From NCBI RefSeq assembly GCF_947166265.1, contig NZ_CAMVDO010000018.1:1093-65092 (forward strand): a stretch of 64,000 nucleotides of DNA, read 5' to 3'. Of this stretch, positions 27,754-34,047 are shown piece by piece (the stretch's first letter is position 1; every line of letters starts with the position of its first letter). Source of the DNA: an uncultured Fibrobacter sp. GTDB lineage: Bacteria; Fibrobacterota; Fibrobacteria; Fibrobacterales; Fibrobacteraceae. The translations under genes and the position numbers were made by a program. The notes below the pieces were generated by a model that did no database searches, was not told the DNA's origin, and worked only from the letters and a program-made list of their open reading frames with translations.

Positions 27754-29580
27754 TCAATCTTTCAAGCAGCGGAGATTATACGAACTCTGTTGCATAGCAA
27801 CCGCATTAGAATATGAATCCATTGTAGAAGTGCCTTTTTTCAAAGCCAAGTCGAATCTCATATTTATACTGATTCCTGCATCATCCCTTGAAGATGTCAG
27901 AAGAACAGCCTCGGCTCCACTATTAACCCCAGTAGTGAAAGAACTGGTTCCACCCGGCAAAAGAGCAAATCCATATTCATCCTTAAAGCCATTGACCTGC
28001 ATTACTTCGATATCCGTCTTGCCGCTCGATTGAAAATAACCCATGACAAACGATCCTTCCGTATCCCATGCTGGCGGTGCAAACAACATGCTTGAATGCG
28101 ACGCATCCACACCGGTCGTTTCAAATAGTTTTTCGAATTCAGCAAGGCTTGGGATATGCCATCCATCTGGACATTTTCCGCGGACAGGTTCGCCTAAATC
28201 TGTAGAATCAACAACCGCACTTAACCAGGAATAGTAGCAACCATACGTACCATTCGATGTACAACCATATTCCAGATTTTTTGCCATCCATGTCTGGTCG
28301 CCTATGGTTGTAATCGGATATTTTTTCCCGTCCCTTGAGTCTGTCAAGATTTCATAGGCATCCATATTTTGCTTTACCCCGTCGGCCATCCATTCCTTTT
28401 CCGTGCATGTATACAACAATACCCAAAACTTACTGACGGATTGTGTTACGGACTCCCCTTCATTATATGAACCACACCCCTTTTTAAGTTCTATTTCAGA
28501 TGAGGAGGCTTCCCTAAATGCTCCGGATTCGCATACATAAAAAGAACTCGTATCGACAGCACCCGCTAAAACACTTCCGTCAGCGTCGCACTTGAGGCCA
28601 TGGGTGTTCTGCTCCAAGGCTGTCGCCTTTCGCCACATTCCATTATCGCAAATAAAGTAGACCCCATCATTTTTACTGTAAGTATTTCGGGCAGCAACAA
28701 TCTTCTTATCGAAGTTGTCAGAACACTCGCCCAGTTTGTACTCTGCGGCAACAAAGGAGTTTATGTAGGATTCAAAGTCTGGGATTTTTTCAACGCCACC
28801 ACTTTCCTGGATATTCTTTCGCACTTGTACGAAATCCAGGTCCACTGCAAAGTCTGCCGCATCCGCACGATTATCCAAATCGTTCCATTCTCCGTCCTTT
28901 TTAAAGTCAAGAGCGAACATCTGTAGGCGATAATCAAAACCAGTTTCCGATTCATTCAGCATAAGGATCGTCATAGCCAGCAGTGCCGCTCCCCCATCGG
29001 TATCGGAGTAAACGTTCAGTTTGTTCAATTCGTCAAAGTTTCCTTCAAAGCCAAAGGTCTTGAAAAGTTCCTGTTCGGCCTGCTTTTTGGCATCATAGAT
29101 AGACGCTCCATAATCCACCAACTCTTCGATACGGCTATAAACCAAGGATGTTGCAACATTGATATTCGCACTGTTTTTTTGCTTTAGGTTTATGACGCCC
29201 TTTAGCGATGATTCCGATGAAGAAATGGAGCCTGTAACGATATTGTAAAATTTACCAGTTACCTTTGCATAACCATAGTTGGTTTCCGAGGAGACTTCCT
29301 TTATGGAATATGCCCCATCATTGTCGGCAACCTCACCGGTGAATTCCTCAAAGACCATAATGAAGGTTGAATCTAACCCTTGAATGACAATGTCGCTTCC
29401 TTTGGCAAAGGGCCCCACTTGTGCATATCCCGAAACATCTCCAGAAAAGGGTTCGTTGGCATCCTTGGCAGATGTTTCGTAGGGAGAACTAGAGGAATCG
29501 CTTCCGCAGGCGGAAAGGGCGACACCGAGCACCCCCGCAAGGGCGCAGACCGTAAACATTTTCGCGAATGTGTTTTTCAT
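27754..29580 (-). CDS. FISUMP lipoprotein with large N-terminal domain (G.AQ.GPF type)
   Basis: MKNTFAK leader, lipobox ALSAC; N-terminal domain homologous to that of 53380-57324; C-terminal FISUMP ending LRCLKD. Confidence 0.85.
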   Translation of the reverse strand: MKNTFAKMFTVCALAGVLGVALSACGSDSSSSPYETSAKDANEPFSGDVSGYAQVGPFAKGSDIVIQGLDSTFIMVFEEFTGEVADNDGAYSIKEVSSETNYGYAKVTGKFYNIVTGSISSSESSLKGVINLKQKNSANINVATSLVYSRIEELVDYGASIYDAKKQAEQELFKTFGFEGNFDELNKLNVYSDTDGGAALLAMTILMLNESETGFDYRLQMFALDFKKDGEWNDLDNRADAADFAVDLDFVQVRKNIQESGGVEKIPDFESYINSFVAAEYKLGECSDNFDKKIVAARNTYSKNDGVYFICDNGMWRKATALEQNTHGLKCDADGSVLAGAVDTSSFYVCESGAFREASSSEIELKKGCGSYNEGESVTQSVSKFWVLLYTCTEKEWMADGVKQNMDAYEILTDSRDGKKYPITTIGDQTWMAKNLEYGCTSNGTYGCYYSWLSAVVDSTDLGEPVRGKCPDGWHIPSLAEFEKLFETTGVDASHSSMLFAPPAWDTEGSFVMGYFQSSGKTDIEVMQVNGFKDEYGFALLPGGTSSFTTGVNSGAEAVLLTSSRDDAGISINMRFDLALKKGTSTMDSYSNAVAMQQSSYNLRCLKD

Positions 29581-29598
29581 AGGGAAATCTTTTGAAAT

Positions 29599-30747
29599 TT
29601 AGTCAGAGTCCTTGACGCAACGGACGGAGAAGCCGTTGTATCCTTCAAATTCGTACAAGTACGCCCTACTATCGCTCCAGTATAGCATCGCGCTGTAAAC
29701 AAGATTGACATTCCACTTGGTAGAACTCCAAAAGCCAGTCTTGGAGCCGACTTTGTCGAAAGTTCCATAGATATTTTGTCCAGCAGGCAACGCTGAAAAT
29801 CCATAGGCATCACTACGGTTGCCATTGGCACCAAACCAGCCATTCTGCGACTTTAGCTTTGTTCCAGCCGTAGATTTTCCGCCAACCGCATTAAACAAAG
29901 CATTCCATTCAGAACTATCAGGCAAATGCCAACCGCTTGGGCAAATACCTTGAACAGGCAAGGTCGGCGAGCATATCGCACCATGTCCACAGCCAGTTTT
30001 TATGGAATCCATAGCCGCACTCCATTTATAGAAACGCCCAGTCACCTCGCAGTTAGCCGTCACATTGTCGTAGCACCGACTTTTGCCAAGAAGACTCGGA
30101 GTCGCTATACTGTCAGCATAGTTCAGATTCTGAGCCATCCAAACCTGTTCGCCAATCTTTACAGTCTTATAGACCTGACCATCGCGTTCATCAATTATCG
30201 AATCATACTGAATTTCAGGATTGAGATAGGCTTCTTTCGGAACACTCCAATCAAAGTTCCCCGAACTCGATGAAGGAATGATGACACTCGATGAGGATTC
30301 TTCCTTGCTCATGGAACTGCTACTTCGCTTTTCACTTGAAGATGATTTCACCGATGAACTAGACTTATCCTTGTTGCTGCTGGATGAGTCATCGGACTTT
30401 ACAGAACTGGAACTCTTAGAGTCGGACGAGTTCCTTGTTTCTTTCGCGGAACTGCTGGAGTTATCGGTCACTTCGGCTGGTTCGACGGACTTGCTGTCGC
30501 TGGACTTGGCGTCGCTATCCTTATCAGTGACCTTGGCACTGCTGGAGATTGCTTCGTCCTTATCGTTGGAACGAGAATCACTGGATTCTTCGCGGCTATC
30601 GCCGCTCAGAATGACGTTATTGTCATCGTCACCCGCCGATGAAGAGTCGTCGCAAGCGGAAAGGGCGAAGAACGCCGCGAATATAAAGACGGTTAAGAGT
30701 CGGCCCTTCGGCAAGCTCAGGGGCCTTGTAGCAATGACATTTTTCAT
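29599..30747 (-). CDS. FISUMP lipoprotein
   Basis: Start MKNVIA (or MDVF at 30759); lipobox ALSAC; long Ser-rich linker; FISUMP domain. Confidence 0.9.
   Translation of the reverse strand: MKNVIATRPLSLPKGRLLTVFIFAAFFALSACDDSSSAGDDDNNVILSGDSREESSDSRSNDKDEAISSSAKVTDKDSDAKSSDSKSVEPAEVTDNSSSSAKETRNSSDSKSSSSVKSDDSSSSNKDKSSSSVKSSSSEKRSSSSMSKEESSSSVIIPSSSSGNFDWSVPKEAYLNPEIQYDSIIDERDGQVYKTVKIGEQVWMAQNLNYADSIATPSLLGKSRCYDNVTANCEVTGRFYKWSAAMDSIKTGCGHGAICSPTLPVQGICPSGWHLPDSSEWNALFNAVGGKSTAGTKLKSQNGWFGANGNRSDAYGFSALPAGQNIYGTFDKVGSKTGFWSSTKWNVNLVYSAMLYWSDSRAYLYEFEGYNGFSVRCVKDSD
30702..30725. repeat. REP-like hairpin inside signal-peptide coding sequence
   Basis: GGCCCTTCGGCAAGCTCAGGGGCC; matches intergenic CCCTGAGCCTGCCGAAGGG (about 13852) and CACTTCGGCAAGCTCAGTG (57721). 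Confidence 0.7.
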
Positions 30748-30864
30748 AAAAACATCCATTATGATAATTTACCTCCTAAAAATAACAAAGCACCCCCGTG
30801 CATCGCAAGCCTTCAATGCGCAGAAAAACGAACTTTTTATGCCGCGTCGGGCCGAAAAATTTCT

Positions 30865-30887
30865 ATATGTCTCACGTTGCGACATAT
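30865..30887. promoter_or_regulatory. 23-bp palindrome, copy 5 (ATATGTCTCA-CGT-TGCGACATAT)
   Basis: 118 bp upstream of the ATG at 30747; divergent to the TIGR02147 gene. Confidence 0.75.
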
Positions 30888-30992
30888 GGAGAATTTTCTT
30901 GAAGAGTACGTGATAAAAAGCACATCTTATCGAAATTTTCCGTTCCGTAAAAATTGCAAATTCCAACCCAATAAGGTAAATTTGAAAAGCCC

Positions 30993-31811
30993 ATGAAACC
31001 GATATCCGACTACAACGACTACCGCCTTTTTATCAGGGATTACTACGAAGAACGCAAGCTGATGACGGGCCTGTCCTGGCGCGGCTTCAACAAGATGGCG
31101 GGATACGCCAACACGAGATTCTTGAAACTTGTCTGCGACGGAAAGTCAAAGCTGAGCAGTGTCGGCGCAAGTCGCCTGGCAAAACTCATGGGGCTCTCCA
31201 AAATCCAGACGTCCTACTTCTTGGCACTTGTCACCTACTGCAATTCCCCCGTAGAAAAGAAAAGGCAGGCCGCCCTTGAACAGATGCACACCCTGGCAAA
31301 GGACGACAGGGTCAGGGTCGTAGGGGGCGACGGCTACGAATACTTCAAGAACTGGTGGAACCCGGTGCTCCGGGAACTTGCCCCCAGGGTCGCCAATGCC
31401 ACGCCGTCAAAAATCGCGAATATGCTCCACGAAAGCGTGACTCCCGAGAACGTGAAGAAATCCCTGAATTTCCTGGTCCAGGCGGGATTTCTGAAGGAGC
31501 GGCGCAACAGGTATGTCCAATCCGACAAGGCAATCCTTGGCTCGTCCGAGAAGATTCCGCGGGCCATCCGCGGCATGCACAGGCAGATGGCAAGGCTTGC
31601 GGAGAAGGCCGTCGAGGCATTTCCCGTAACGGAGCGCAACTTTTCGGGAATGACGGTCGCCGTAAACCGGGCGGCATACGCGCAGATCGTAAGCGAACTG
31701 GATCTCTGCCGCAAGAAGATAGCCGCAATCGTTTCTGCCACGGAGAGTTGTGACCGAATTTACAGGGTGAACCTACAGTTGTTCCCGTTGACAAAAGAGA
31801 TCGAGAAATGA
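30993..31811 (+). CDS. TIGR02147-family (DUF4423) protein, probable DNA-binding
   Basis: 272 aa; MKPISDYNDYRLFIRDYYEERK...FLKLVCDGK..LS (HTH-like), YFKNWWNPVLREL, ERNFSGMT, YRVNLQLFPLT. Confidence 0.85.
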   Translation: MKPISDYNDYRLFIRDYYEERKLMTGLSWRGFNKMAGYANTRFLKLVCDGKSKLSSVGASRLAKLMGLSKIQTSYFLALVTYCNSPVEKKRQAALEQMHTLAKDDRVRVVGGDGYEYFKNWWNPVLRELAPRVANATPSKIANMLHESVTPENVKKSLNFLVQAGFLKERRNRYVQSDKAILGSSEKIPRAIRGMHRQMARLAEKAVEAFPVTERNFSGMTVAVNRAAYAQIVSELDLCRKKIAAIVSATESCDRIYRVNLQLFPLTKEIEK

Positions 31812-33604
31812 AAACCCTTCTGAAACTTTTATTCATCCCCTACCTTGCGCTGCTATTCCTTGCCGCCTGTGGCGATTCGGAAAAGGAAGTCGCCAACGGC
31901 TATACCGAAGAGCAGAACGCTAGCCTAGATAGCGCCGCCTACGCGATGCTGCAGACGTGGGAGCCCAAAGTCGCCCTGAGACTCGCGAAGGTCGAAGACA
32001 AGAATCTAGGACTTTCCTGGTACGATGTAGAGTTTACGACCGATGCAACGCCCTACTACGAGCATGCTGTCGAAACCGTCGATGAAGCCTGCACCGTGAA
32101 CCTGTATGCCGAACAGAACGGCGTCCGCATGAACTTGACTCGCACCTACAAGAAGAACATCTATACGGAATTTTTGAATCGGGATTCGCTGGACGCTGTA
32201 GTGGAGGATCACCTGGACAATTCTTACGGCGACAGCGCCACAGCAAGTTGCCGGGCGGATTCTACGGCCTTCGCAGACTACTGTGCCGAATACGGCGGGG
32301 CCGTGACGGACCTTTTCAAACTGGACCGTTGCAGCGTACTTCACTTGACATGCGTCATGAAGTTCACGCCGAAAGTTGCCGCCGATGAATACTTGCAGGC
32401 TACGGCCAAGAGAATGAAGGATATCTGCATTGCCGAGTTCTACGCCCCGGGAGAAGACGCTGAAGCCGATTCCACGCTCCTTGTGGACAAGCGGGACGGT
32501 CAAGTGTACAGGACGGTAAAAATCGGCGAACAGGTGTGGATGGCGGAGAACCTGAACTACGCCTATCGGGCTTCTTCGGAAACCATGGATTCCCTCAGTT
32601 ACTGCCCGGAAGGAAATCCCGCCAACTGCGAAAAATACGGACGGCTCTACACCTGGGCCGCGGCGGTGGGCTGCACCGACGACCCCTGCGATATAGGCAA
32701 CAATGTCCAAGGGATATGCCCAGACGGCTGGCGTGTACCGAACCTTGACGACTTCGAAACTCTCGAAGAAGAAATGGGCGGGCGCGACGTCGCCGGGAAA
32801 AAGGCGGCGGCAGAAGAGTTCATGGGAACGGACGATTACGGGTTTACGGCACTGTTCCCGGGTTATTCCGTTCTGCCGCCCGAAACGGAAAGGCAGGAAA
32901 AGTATTACGGCTACGGGGCCTTCTTTATCATGGCTTCGACGAACATGGGAATCCCGCAGCATTGGAGACTCCTTTTCGGCGATACCAGCTCGAATGTCGA
33001 ATTGGCTTCGTCATACGCATTCGAATCGCTCCGCTGCATAAAGGGTGCGGCGACGGAAAATTCAGAGGGGGCCGTGGACCCGGCAGATGTTGTCGCCGGG
33101 ACCTTCACGGACGAGCGCGACGGGCGGACTTACGCCATCACGACGATAGGCTCGCAGACATGGCTTGCCGAGAACCTGAAATACAAGGGGGATTTCACGA
33201 GTTACTGCTACGAAAACGACGACGAGAACTGCGAAAAATACGGCAGGATGTATTCTCCCGACGACGCCAAGACGGCCTGCCCGGAGGGTTGGCGGCTGCC
33301 GTCCGCCCAGGACTTTGTAGACCTGGAGGATAACACCGGGAAGGACATGACTGCTCTCAGGACGACCGAAGGCTGGGAAAGCGGAAACGGAAGCGATCTT
33401 TACGGATTCAGCCTTTACCCGGCAGGACGTTACAGCATCATCGGAAACACCCTGAAATTCGTGCAAATGGGAGTGGCGGCCTACCTATGGACGGACACGG
33501 AAAGCGAATTCGGGACGCTCGTTTTTGACGGACTCAATGTCGGTTACCCGGCAACGTCCATGACATCGGACAACTACCTGAATGTCCGCTGCCTAAAGGA
33601 TTGA
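31808..33604 (+). CDS. FISUMP lipoprotein, two FISUMP domains
   Basis: ATGA overlap with the TIGR02147 gene; lipobox FLAAC; two FISUMP units. Confidence 0.9.
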   Translation: MKTLLKLLFIPYLALLFLAACGDSEKEVANGYTEEQNASLDSAAYAMLQTWEPKVALRLAKVEDKNLGLSWYDVEFTTDATPYYEHAVETVDEACTVNLYAEQNGVRMNLTRTYKKNIYTEFLNRDSLDAVVEDHLDNSYGDSATASCRADSTAFADYCAEYGGAVTDLFKLDRCSVLHLTCVMKFTPKVAADEYLQATAKRMKDICIAEFYAPGEDAEADSTLLVDKRDGQVYRTVKIGEQVWMAENLNYAYRASSETMDSLSYCPEGNPANCEKYGRLYTWAAAVGCTDDPCDIGNNVQGICPDGWRVPNLDDFETLEEEMGGRDVAGKKAAAEEFMGTDDYGFTALFPGYSVLPPETERQEKYYGYGAFFIMASTNMGIPQHWRLLFGDTSSNVELASSYAFESLRCIKGAATENSEGAVDPADVVAGTFTDERDGRTYAITTIGSQTWLAENLKYKGDFTSYCYENDDENCEKYGRMYSPDDAKTACPEGWRLPSAQDFVDLEDNTGKDMTALRTTEGWESGNGSDLYGFSLYPAGRYSIIGNTLKFVQMGVAAYLWTDTESEFGTLVFDGLNVGYPATSMTSDNYLNVRCLKD

Positions 33605-33708
33605 CGAAGCGAGGAAATCATAACATAATTATATACAAAAAGGGCTGCCAAAGTCAATAGGGCACCGAGAAAAAACATTTCATGGGATGCGGCACATTCC
33701 TATTCGGA

Positions 33709-34008
33709 TTACATGTCTCCCATCGACAATTCAACCTGGTCCGGATTTTCTTCGGGCTGCACCGGTTCTTCGGGGCTAACCGATTCGGGTTTCGCATACT
33801 GCGGCACCAAGGCGCCCGCTTCCAAAAGTTCACTGAACTCGCGGAGTCTCGGCAAGTCTTCGGGAATGCGGTTGATGCCGAAATACTTCATGAATTCCTG
33901 CGTCGTCACGTAGGTATAGGGGTTACCCACCGTATCGGCACGGCTACCCAGCGCAATAAAGCCCTTGTCAAGCAAGTTACGAATCGGGCCATCCACCGAC
34001 GACACACC
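33709..34008 (-). pseudogene. scpB: 3' fragment of scpB (second allele)
   Basis: 33716-33924 is identical to 9151-9359; 33925-34008 differs from 9360-9443 only at synonymous sites; no 5' part, no RBS. Confidence 0.93.
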
Positions 34009-34047
34009 AGGATTTCAATATAAAACCAACGATACAGGGCAATAAGG

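Noticed and set aside
12231-30887. CRISPR array or invertible-promoter system based on the 23-bp palindromes
   Set aside because: Copies are kilobases apart with no spacers or cas genes. No invertase is in the window and no inverted gene fragments were seen, although a recombination role is not excluded.
9937-33604. Diversity-generating retroelement behind FISUMP variation
   Set aside because: No reverse transcriptase in the window. Shared blocks are N-terminal or linker modules, and their differences are not adenine-specific TR/VR patterns.
33709-34005. 98-aa ORF as an independent small protein
   Set aside because: It starts at a GTG internal to scpB with no RBS and is the scpB 3' fragment.
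9151-34008. Prophage or integrase-mobilised genomic island with att sites in scpB
   Set aside because: No integrase, phage or conjugation genes. The repeat is about 290 bp and allelic, and the intact copy is on the wrong side for classical att restoration.
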